DNA from: Octopus bimaculoides
Lineage: Eukaryota
Length of the DNA stretch: 64,000 bases
Assembly (NCBI RefSeq): GCF_001194135.2
Contig: NC_068981.1
Location: 154,237,249 to 154,301,248, forward strand
Direction: 5' to 3'
In this document: positions 53,433 through 64,000 of the stretch, in pieces
How the letters are laid out: each line of letters starts with the position of its first letter
How positions within the stretch are numbered: the first letter of the stretch is position 1
Translations under genes and position numbers: made by a program
Notes under the pieces: generated by a model
What the model was told of the DNA's origin: nothing
The model's input: only the letters and a program-made list of their open reading frames with translations
Databases searched by the model: none

Positions 53433-55025
53433 TCCTTACCTTTTCATATATATATAATTATATAACATTATTAACTTCATATCATAAAAGAGTTAAGATT
53501 GGTGAATTAGCTTGTGGCTGTAGAGTTGCAAGTATATCTTCTTATTGGCTATGTTGGTCTCAGGGTAACATGGTATAGTCCCTGCTCTAATAGATGGTAG
53601 AAGTATGGGACATTCATTTATCCATTGATTTGTGATTTAATCAAATAATGTGGGAAATATATTGTGCAAGTCATATCCTTTGTTTTCAATCTTCCATGAA
53701 AGTATATCTGGTCATGGGAAATATTACCTTACTTGGAAACAAGTAAAGGTTGGTAACAGGAAGGGCATCCAACTGCAGAAAATCTGCCTCAACAAATTCT
53801 GTTCAACCCATCCAAAATTCTAGTACCAATGTATTACCTGTACTGCATTGGTAATATTATACTGGTTAACAATTTGAATTACTGGGCTACCTGCAGTGCC
53901 AGAACTGGTAAGATGAATGCAGAAACAGTTGTTGGTGGTGTAATAATTTAGCTGAAAATTGATATGCAGTTTCAAAATTTACATTGTTGAAACTATCTTG
54001 TGCAAGAATGGGTGAATTAATGAAATCTATAATGAACATGTTGAACATTTAACCTATTTGATTCTCTGACATTATTGTTTTTAGATTTGCTAGTAACTTG
54101 TCATGTACAATCACACATTCCCCCACTACAAGTTCTTGTTTTTATATTCTGTGTTGCTCTGTATGTTGATTGAAGTAATAACACTGCATACTAATAAATT
54201 ATTTAGTACATCTACAATAAAATAATTGTTTATTGCAAGTTATATACTGTTATAGCAGATGGCTAGTAACAAACAGAAAAGCCTATTTTAACTCTGCTTT
54301 TATTGCCTATTTCTATTGTGATTTATATTAATGTTATTTTACTAAAGTGGCATTTAAGCAGTTATAGTATTAAGCTGTAACAATAGATAAATTTATTCAC
54401 TCTTTACTGTAGGTACTGAGTTCATGAAATATGAGGTCAAATAAGTGACTTGAAGAGCTCAATAACCTTAAAAGTGGAGTGGGAATATAAACAAATGGAT
54501 TAATGTATATATGAAAACATAAACTTTCAGTGAAGTTCTTGCAAACAGACAAAGGACAAATAATAATAAAAAGAGGACTTTAACAAGTGAAATACATCTA
54601 GGTTTACTGTAGGACATTTTGTTTTACATAGATTTGTTTCATTATTTAATTCTAGGCCAATCTTAATTTGGCAGACTTATGATCAAAGTTGTTTCAATTG
54701 TAGCCATCTTGCTTTATTTTACCTTTTATCCAATACAACATTATCTAATGTGCTTTGCCCCTCATTGATTCTAAGATATGTATATACTGCTTTGTATATA
54801 ATACTTCTTACATTAATTCAAGATTATAAATTTATAGAAATGGGATATGATTGACTGAATAGATCCATAAACTGAATATATTTCTAATATATGTTATTTT
54901 ATCTCAGAAGGATGAGAAGCAAAGTTGACTTATGAAATTTGAACTCACAACAGTTGGACAGTATGAAATATGAAGTATTTTATCAATGCTCTACCATTTT
55001 TGCCATCTAATTACCAATAATAAAA

Positions 55026-55376
55026 ATAATAATAATAATAATAATAATAATGATAATAATAATAATAATAGATGCAGTGCCAGGCAGTGGCTCTCATGGC
55101 TTCTGATCTTAACTGATTGGAAATGTTACCATGTACATTGTTTTGTCTTGGTATAAAAGATGGGTTACAACAAATATTCTGCTCAATACCACAGATTTGC
55201 TTGTCACTTGCTTGACCATAACGAGTTGAGCATGTCCCTTAGTGGCCGATGATATGTGCATCTCTGATCACGAGCAGAAGTAGTGGGGGAGCATCACAGC
55301 CATGTGCTGAGTGGAATTCTCTAGGGTTTGGATGATTCACCTTTGGAAACATGGGTGTGTCGTTCAACATCCTTAA
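55026..55376 (-). mobile_element. Probable retroelement 3' fragment with (ATT)n tail
   Basis: GC-richer block abutting an (AAT)n array at 55026-55070; family assignment is inference. Confidence 0.4.
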
Positions 55377-56360
55377 GTTAGTGTATTTCCTCTGACTTTT
55401 GTAAATCTTCTTGCTTTCTTACATCATGACCATTTTAAACTAAAATTGCTATGAATTACCTAATTCTTATCCTAAGCATTTTTGCAAACATTTTTGATTA
55501 TGTAATGCTTTGATATCAGACCTACATTCACATAGTGTCCCTAAATTAATTCTCATCTTGGAATATGGGAAAATATACTTTTGTGGCATATCTGCAGTAA
55601 AATATATCTGAATTTTCAAACTACTATTTAATCCTGTTTCAAATATCACTCAGGTCCATAGTTGAATTTATTAATGAATAGTATCTTGGTTATCTGGAAT
55701 ATCTTGTTTTGAATGATTAATAGCGTTAATTTTAAAAGTTGGAATGTTTAACAATCTTCTGTGAAATGTTGCAACTTTTTTGTGAAAGTAAAATTGTTCA
55801 GGAAGTCTTGTTCAAGTCTAGCATAAGAATTCTCTAAAATTGTTGGCATATTATCACTTACTGGCTGCTCCATTTCCGTTTGTGTTACTGTTGTCCTTTC
55901 CAATCCTGTTTCCAGAAACTTCTACATTGCACGATGTTTTCATGTTCTGAGTTCAAATTCCACTGAGGTCAACTTTGCCTTTCATCCTATCCTTTCAGGG
56001 TTGATAAATAAGTACCAGTTGAGTACTGGGGTTGATGTAATTGACTTATCTCCTTCCCCCCAAAATGCTGCCTTAATTTGAAATCATTACAGATCTGCTT
56101 GCCTGTCTATATCTACTTATAGGAATACAACTTTATATAATGGAAATACGGTTGTGTTGTTAAAAAGTCACTTTGCAATCCCATGGTTCTGGGTTCACTC
56201 TTACTGCATGCACTTTGGACAAGTGTCTTCTGCCATAGTTGGGTTGACTGAAGCCTTATGAAGTAAATTTGGTTGCTGTGGTGTGAAATTTGTGTAGAGA
56301 CTAGGTGCTCCTGTTAAACATATGAACAAACACTATGTATTGAATATTATCGTTGTCTTT

Positions 56361-56636
56361 TAGTACAGAGAGATAACACCGTTAGTACGATGGTGAGAGG
56401 GGGTGCTATGCTAAGTGAAGTTAAGCTTAGTTAAGAGGAATGAACAGGTAGAAGGAAGTGATAATTGAGAAGTTAACAATTAGCGATTGGGAAACCAGAA
56501 GCAAAGAATGAAAGATGACAATTGAAAAATGAAGAAAAAACGATGGAAAATGTAGAAAAATGAAATAATGAAAAAATAAAAAGATGAAAAGAAGCTGAGG
56601 TAGTGTGAAAGGTTACCCTGTTATCTCTCTGTACTA
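56361..56636. mobile_element. MITE with 18-bp perfect inverted termini, probably TA-TSD (Tc1/mariner type)
   Basis: TAGTACAGAGAGATAACA ... TGTTATCTCTCTGTACTA with a purine-rich interior. Confidence 0.65.
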
Positions 56637-57771
56637 GACCACAACTATGTTGCCTGAGATACACCAATACCTTATTTTTGTCTTTTGTTTACAGACTGTA
56701 ACAATGTGTGTGTGTGTGTTGGCATGGAATGAACAAAATCAGTGTGTCAAACAAAAACATATGTCTCCTTTTATCCAAGGCCATCTTGCTTTTCATTATT
56801 TACAATATTGTTAAAATAAATACCAGACAACATACTGGAGCTATATAATCATCTATGGAGGTAGTGCCCCAGAATGGCCACAGATCAAAGATTGAAACTG
56901 ATAAAAAAATTAAAAAATCATTATTGTAACTTCTATTTTTTCCATTAACAAGAATCATTTGCAACTGCTATGCCAGACACCTTATCTTCAAATTGCCCTT
57001 AGGAATACCTTACAAGTGCTTAACTATTGATTACTCTTAAGAGTTTGATGGCTATCTCTGTATCGTAGGTGTATTCAAACACAGATAAGTGTGGGCATTT
57101 AACAACTATACCTGTTATTGTTTTTCTTTCCCCCCTCCCCATCTAAATTTTAATAATTGTATTCTTTTCTTGTTTATCTCATGTCTCTAAACGTTCATTC
57201 ATGCCAAGTTGTATCTTTCTCAAATCATCATGTCTCTTGAAACTTGTTTTCAGTAATAACTAAACAGTAATAACATGAAACTATTAATTTATTTATTCAG
57301 TCACGTTAATTTTCTCTCTGAAAAGTTTTTTTCTTATTAGCTACAGACATTTTCCCTCCTAAATAGAGCACAATAAAACCACAAACCGTTGAAAACTGTA
57401 TAGCAGGCTGAATTCAATTTTGTTTTATTATGAAGCTCCCTTCCTTTTCACAAGAAACAAAAGTCAACTTTGTTGGGAAAAGATTATAGTTGATAACAGC
57501 GTTTGATCTGCCAACTACCTTTAAATTGTTTTGAAAAACAACAAACAAAATCATCTACCCAATAAATGATTCTTTTCTTTTCTCATTATAAAAACTGACA
57601 TAACCTGAAAAAAACTGAATAAGCGTAAAGATTTATAACATTATATATTGATTTCTAACTTTGACATTTAGCCACAAATTTATAGGAAAGGCATAAAGTT
57701 TATTGAATTAATATCAGTACCCATTGGTACTTATTTTATCAGCCCTGGGAAAACAAAAGATATTTTCTGCT

Positions 57772-58409
57772 AAATTTAAACTGGGAACATAAAGTGATGC
57801 AGCGCAATACCACAAGACATTGATGAGTGTAGTGTTAGCCGAAATAATTTCACTTATGAAATTTTGAAAATCCCAACTAACAAGTTAACTTGGAAGGTAC
57901 TCAAGAGTCTCTAAGATATACAGCATAAAATTATTTGCTTACTCAAGAACAATTCATATTATGCAGGAAGTACTGATGTAACCAACCTCAATTTAAAAAT
58001 CATTGATGTTCAATTTCTTGCTGTTTACGAAACTGAACTACATCACTGATATTATATTCTTATATATTCTTACAATGAAGTGGACTGACTTGCTAATGGT
58101 TAGTACTTTTGTCATGACACAGTGCATCTTTGATTATAAAGTACACACTGTAGAACTTAAACATTTTGTTACTTTTTAGAAGTTAGCTGTAAAAGTTTAT
58201 AAAATTAGACCAATTGATAAATTGGGAGAACACTCCCATGGTCCTTGTTTACAGTAGTATCACATGATTGGCTGCTTGAGGATGACTCCTGTATGTAGAA
58301 GATCAAACAGGATTGAAGGGTAGTATTATTTGCATAGGTAGAGAAATTTAAACTGGGAATATAAAGTGATGCAGCGCAATACAAGACATTGATGAGTGTA
58401 GTGTTAGCC
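57772..58409. repeat. Local direct duplication (57772-57840 and 58344-58409)
   Basis: AAATTTAAACTGGGAA(C/T)ATAAAGTGATGCAGCGCAATAC..AAGACATTGATGAGTGTAGTGTTAGCC occurs twice. Confidence 0.9.
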
Positions 58410-58852
58410 CAGTACCGCCTGACTGGCCTTTGTAGGATTTTCGAGCGAGATCGTTGCCAGTGCCCCTGGACTGGCTTTTGTGTGAGTGGCACATAAAATA
58501 CACCAGTTTGAGCGTGGCTGTTGCCAGTACCGCCTGACTAGCCTTCATAGGATTTTCGAGCGAGATCGTTGCCAGTGCCCTTGGACTGGCTCTTGTGCGG
58601 GTGGCACATAAAATGCACCATTTTGAGTGTGGCCGTTGCCAGTACCGCCTGATTGGCCTTCATGCGGGTGACACGTAAAAGCACCCACTACACTCTCTGA
58701 GTGGTTGGCGTTAAGAAGGGCATCCAGCTGTAGAAACTCTGCCAAATCAGATTGGAGCCAGGTGTTGCCATCCGGTTTCACCAGTCCTCAGTCAAATCAT
58801 CCAACCCATGCTAGCATGGAAAGCGGACGTTAAATGATGATGATGATAATGA
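58410..58852 (+). mobile_element. RTE-derived 3' end with internal tandem repeats
   Basis: CAGTACCGCCTGACTGGC units; tail GACGTTAAATGATGATGA. Related ends at 121-245(-), 5985-6290(-), 13195-13400(-), 31202-31414(-), 34675-34862, 42276-42447(-) and 42940-43172(-). Confidence 0.8.
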
Positions 58853-59234
58853 TGGTTGTTATTGTTTAGTCCCCAGGTCAGCCCTCAAAGGCATTCAAGC
58901 TATGAGCATCTAGAACCACATTATCTCTTTATCTTTCTCTTTTTTAAGATAGTAATGTGCTATTTGAGGGCTATATAGGCTGCTCTTTTAAGCATGTAGA
59001 GTTTTTTTGGCTTGTTCAGATATTCTTTTCTGCTCTAGGCACAAGGCCCGAAATTTTTTGGGAGGGGGCCAGTTAGATTGACCTCAGTATGCAACTGGTA
59101 CTTAATTTATTGACTGAAAGACAGACAAAATACCACTAAGCATTTTTGCCTGGCATGCTAACGTTTCTGCCAGCTTGCCTTGCTGAGTCAAGGACAACAA
59201 CGTTGCTTTCATTGAAGTTCCTCAGAATGAGACA

Positions 59235-60530
59235 TCACTGATGGAGTGATGGAGTAGTGTAGGAGAGCAAGTTCCTAGTGGATCTGATCCTATAAAAAAG
59301 ACATACTGAAATACCTAGATTTTTTTTGTTATTCTGTAATGTAAGTGCATCAGAGCCACTTTTTTTTTGTAAGCTAGTCAGAATAGGAGGGGCAATTTTG
59401 CAGGCCTTCTCAGACTGGTGAGCAATTGTTGTTACTATTGGCCAGCCTAAACATCTACAAGAATAGATTTTAGGGTCATGTGAGGAAATGAAGAGAGAAA
59501 TTTTTAGAAGGATGGTATCAGTCACCAGCTTAGTAGTTTTAGATGGGTCATACGGGGAAGTGTAAAATTAATCAGTAGAATTAGTGGTGTGCCGAGTTCA
59601 CAAACTTAAAGTACCAGAAATTTGGGTGGAAGCTTCTTGTGTAGAAGGAAGTGGTGAGATAAGTTTTCTTCTTTAAGCTGTGGTCAGATATTTCTATGTT
59701 GACAGATGGAGATGGTAGGATAATTTGCTTGTTATTATTTAACCCCAGATCAGCTGTAGTTGAATAGACTTGTGTGCCTTTAATTTTTTTTAAGGATTCA
59801 CTTAAATCACTTGATTTGGTTGTGAGTTGAGGGAATTTGGCAGCTATTTTGAGCATGTTGTGACTATTTTAGAGATTTCCTCATTGGTTCAACTGAACAA
59901 TAGATGTGTTTTGAAAGTTAATGTGTCGGTGAGGGGTACAAGTAGAGAAGGATACTAACTTTTATAAATGACAGGACAGAATAGGAAATTATTTGGCATC
60001 TACTGAAGTGATGCAAGGAATCAAGTTGAGTTGTATGCATTGAAATCTGTAAAGGTGATGACTGAGGTGATATGAAATTGTTGTCCCAAGCTAGGATAAG
60101 AGATAGTCCTCAAATAGCTGGAAGAATAAATGAGATACTTAAAGACAGTGTATTTGTGAAGATTAAGAAGATTGGTTTGCATATTAGTGATTGGTAGAAT
60201 GAAGATTGAATCCAGATCTATGATGTTGGTGCAGAGAAGAGATTTTTGTTGTGCAGTCGGAACATCTGATCTACTTTTTATGTAATTTAGTGGAAGAGGG
60301 GTATTACCCATGCCTTTTGCAGGTCCCCCAAGTTTGGTCTAATTGTGGCAATGACTTGTGTAAACATTTGCTGGATAAAGATCAATGGAGAGGGAATAAA
60401 AGGTGACTTGTATTGCTTGCAACAGAGTGAACTCTTGTGAAACAACCAAGGGCCAGATATTGTTGAACAGACTAGTGTATTAAGTCTATCACCCACAAAG
60501 AAGAATATTGCCTTGATTGTGTTCATAATG
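59235..60530 (-). mobile_element. Degenerate Penelope-like element RT region
   Basis: PKIYSCRCLGWPIVTTI resembles the PLE motif PKxHKxxxPxRPIVS; QKSLL...DSIFILP resembles the upstream xxALxxLxxxxxIxIxPADKG segment. Confidence 0.5.
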
Positions 60531-60686
60531 GTCTCAGTTTAGATGTATTAGGATACTGTGCATTTGCTTTATTCCGTTAAGGTTCTTGATAGAATTGTTT
60601 AATCATGAGTACACTGGCATTTTGTGAGGGTTTTCTTTTATTTTTAATATCAAACAATTAATATTCAGACATGATGGAATGAAATA

Positions 60687-60689
<3 letters not shown>

Positions 60690-60726
<37 letters not shown>
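60690..60726. repeat. A37 homopolymer
   Basis: Read directly. Confidence 0.95.
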
Positions 60727-60728
<2 letters not shown>

Positions 60729-60988
60729 AACCCAGAACAACAAACAATGCAAACACACAAAACAACAAACCATCAAATTAATTACATATCTGGATTAAGA
60801 AGCCTTTAACCTCGTTGTTGTCTAGATTCGACTCTGACATTTTGATACACTGGATGCTACCAATACCTACGAGTTCTTATCGACGATTCAACAGGAGAAA
60901 ATCTATGTGGTTACTCGATCTACTAAACATAGTAACCAAATTAACCCACTGTCTTTTAATAAAATTAGATTATGTATTCCTTAAAACA

Positions 60989-61367
60989 CTGTTGTTGTTG
61001 TTGGCGGCACTCCGTCGCTTACGACTTCGAGGGTTCCAGTTAATTCGATCAACGGAACAGCCTGCTCGTGAAATTAACGTGCAAGTGGTTGAGCACTCCA
61101 CAGACACGTGTACCTTTAACGTAGTTCTCGGGGATATTCAGCGTGACACAGTGACAAAGCTGGCCCTTTGAATTACAGGCACAACAGAAACAGGAAGTAA
61201 GAGTGAGAGAAAGTTATGGTGAAAGAGTACAGCAGGGTTCGCCACCATCCCCTGCCGGAGCCTCGTGGAACTTTAGGTGTTTTTCGCTCAATAAACACTC
61301 ACAACGCCCGGTCTGGGAATCGAAACCGCGAGTCCGCGAGCCCTAACCACTGGGCCATTGCGCCCCC
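60989..61367 (-). mobile_element. Young CpG-rich tRNA-derived SINE with (CAA)n tail
   Basis: Minus strand GGGGCGCAATGGCCCAGTGGTTAGGG...GTTTCGATTCCC head. Confidence 0.8.
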
Positions 61368-62224
61368 ACCCTTACAACACTACGTCTGCAGAAAGACGCT
61401 TTGGTCACCCTTGAAATGATTTTGATCATTGATTTATTCGATCAAGGAGGAACTAGTGCTAAACTACAATTATTATTGAGTAATCTTGATATCAGTGAAC
61501 ATAGTTAACAATGTATATTGATAATAATCGATCTTCTAACGCAAACCTCTATTTTTCTAGCTACTCACGCAATACATTTACTACTAACTTGTCCAAGCCA
61601 ACGAGGAGGCTTCTACACAAGTCTTTCGGTTTATTAGAAATAGCGCTTAAATCTTCCTCAGATTACACCATGTCATCTTGATAAGAGAGGGACTCGGGAT
61701 CTTTTTTAATTTCTTCTTACAACCCGTATTTTCTCAAAATTTTAACCTAAAAAGAAAAAAAAATTACTTTTGATGTAGTTTTACTTGCCAACAGTTGGAA
61801 GAAATTAAAAAAGATCTGGGACTTGTAGGATAATGTGGTTCCAGATACAACCACAGTAGGGGATGATCATGACTGGAACACCTTTAGTCATAGGCCAAGA
61901 TAGTCAGGATTAACTTGTGGTTGAACAACAACTAATTTGCTTTTTTCTTTTACTTTGTGTTACATTTTTTTTTTAAGTTAAATATAGTAATATAACCGGT
62001 GCTGTTAAAACGATAGATATTAATGCTTTTATGCACGCATGCACATACACATACGCGCACGCACAGACATACATACACACAGATCTCAAGACACTCAAAC
62101 ACACAGACAAACAATATTTTTCTTAAGGCTTTGACAGGGGAAGAAGAACAGCGCCCATGACCTTTTTGCAGGACCTCCGAGAAATAGTGATGGAAAGGGA
62201 GGAAGAAATCATGACTCATGGATT

Positions 62225-62910
62225 TCGTTGTTTAGCCCCAGGTTAAGCCCTGATCGAGAAAACATCTAATTAAAGGGATTCCAGTGTGACTATCTTGTCT
62301 TTCATTCAGAAATTATCTATTTAGGACTCTATTAGCTCCTCTCCTTTCTTTTTTGTAACGGTAGGGTGTGATTTTGGGGAGATTTAGTTGCTATTTCTAG
62401 CAAGTCGACCGCTGGCTTGCCAAGTCATAGGTTGCTGCAGTAGGAAGCAATGCAGCAAACTCGAGTTATACTCCAACTGCAGACTTGGTTCGAATGCTTG
62501 CAACAAAGTGGATTCGGCATCGGACACTATATTAAATTTATCACCCAAGAAAAGGTACAGTTCATTCGACAGGCTTCCGTATTATTTATTTTGTATACTC
62601 TATTTTACTCATAAACCCTGTGTTACCCCAATACTATGCTAGACTCTTGGACTAACAGTAAAACCTACAATCAGATATTCCAAAACTTCATTGTTGTTTA
62701 TGTTTAAGCCTCAGGCTGGCTCTGATCGAGCAGACGTGTGATCAAAAAGAATTCCGGCTATGATCAACTCATTTTTATTTATTTAATTATATTCTTGTAT
62801 TTTAGGCGTAATATCTCTAAGTTTAAATAATCCAAGGTGTACTTAATTTTTTTAAGGCGACAGGGTATGATTTAAGGGAGATTTGGCTGCTATTTCTAGC
62901 AAGTCAAGCG
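62225..62910 (-). mobile_element. Two copies of a SINE-like family (GCTAGAAATAGCAGCCAAAT...CAACAA)
   Basis: 62225-62410 and 62705-62910; related copies at about 7470-7690, 19500-19650, 22497-22640, 54650-54760 and 58860-58990. Confidence 0.65.
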
Positions 62911-64000
62911 ATTACATGCCTGTATGATGTAAACAATTTCTTACTTGATCGTCAGCTTCGGAAAATTGGAGCACCGATGGAATGAAGGCAGGAACTAATG
63001 TATATATACTTCCCAGTTCATCTGTCACGTCTTTTGGTGTTCTATTAGGGGAGAGAAAGATAAAAAAAAAGACTTGATAAATATTATTAGTAAAAATGAT
63101 GAGTTATATATCCAAACAGCAAAACAAAAAAGTTAAATTATTCGTACTTAGTGTAAATGTAACATTTTTACTTATTGAGCAATACTTTATTTCATTACTT
63201 ATACCCGAATCCTAAGTTTTTTTTACGGATCAGAATTTTTAAAATTAAAAATAAGCAATTAAATTACTTTTTCTTTTTTGTGTGTCTGGATAGTACATAT
63301 GGGAGGCAATATGAATAAAAGAAGCCATAGTTACGTCCCTTATACTGCTGTGACTCATGCTTGCTTTTCTCTACACGTAATGTGATATAAACATTACTGA
63401 CACCAATTTAATTCTGTAGTGCAATACCGTTGATTTAGTTGTTAGTGTTTTCATTTACTTTATTATTATTATTGGTCGGGTGTTTGAAAGCATAGGTAAA
63501 TCGATAATTCGGTCTATCATTAAAAAAAAAAGATGTTTCGTGTACAGCTANNNNNNNNNNTAATTTAATAATTCGATTGCCAATCCAAGTCCACTGCCAA
63601 TTTTTTTTTTTTTTTTGGTTCGTATTACCGTAGTATCCTCTCAGCATTTTAAGAGCCAGTGTGAGACTATTCCTAAATAAAAATTAAAAACTAGATTCAT
63701 AATTGTAATTTGTATCAAGTGTTCTCTTTGCAAATGTTCAGTCTTAAGTGCTTCAAATTCACAAGTGACTTGACCAAACCCCATGCATTTTATTATCATT
63801 TTGCAATGTGCAATTATTGTTCTGGTCTATTGGCCAGAACTTCAATTTTCTTATTTTTTTCCTTTTACAAAAACTTGACAAAGTAAGAAAAAAAAATTAA
63901 GGTAAATTTTGTTAGAAGTTTATATTTTGTTTTAGTTGCCCTATTAAAATTATTTTAATTTAAGATTACAAATATATAGGTGCAGGTATGGCTGTGTGGC

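Noticed and set aside
60815-61419. 118-aa and 67-aa ORFs
   Set aside because: Largely within a young SINE on the opposite strand.

Overview
AT-rich, microsatellite- and retroposon-dense eukaryotic DNA with seven N-gaps. The repeat families (tRNA-derived SINEs, RTE LINE ends with TGA tails) look like an Octopus-type cephalopod genome; this is inference from repeat content, not a database result. The one well-supported gene is the 5' part of a plus-strand supervillin-like gene. It has a start-codon exon (43417-43635, ATG 43478) and a very large low-complexity exon (48370/48376-50799) carrying the supervillin N-terminal motif ESRAERIARYKQIRRNELA. I found no gelsolin or headpiece exons in the window. 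A CpG-retaining region at about 9.8-10.4 kb with a strong donor at 10435 is the likely promoter/first exon, and it may be shared with a poorly resolved minus-strand gene. Most of the remainder is intron containing SINEs, RTE, Penelope and other LINE relics, MITEs of four TSD types (TTAA, TA, 8-bp hAT-like, 8-bp Merlin-like), a foldback palindrome, a decayed tRNA-Glu, and several inverted structures that could form dsRNA in the pre-mRNA. No prokaryotic-type system such as CRISPR or an operon is present.
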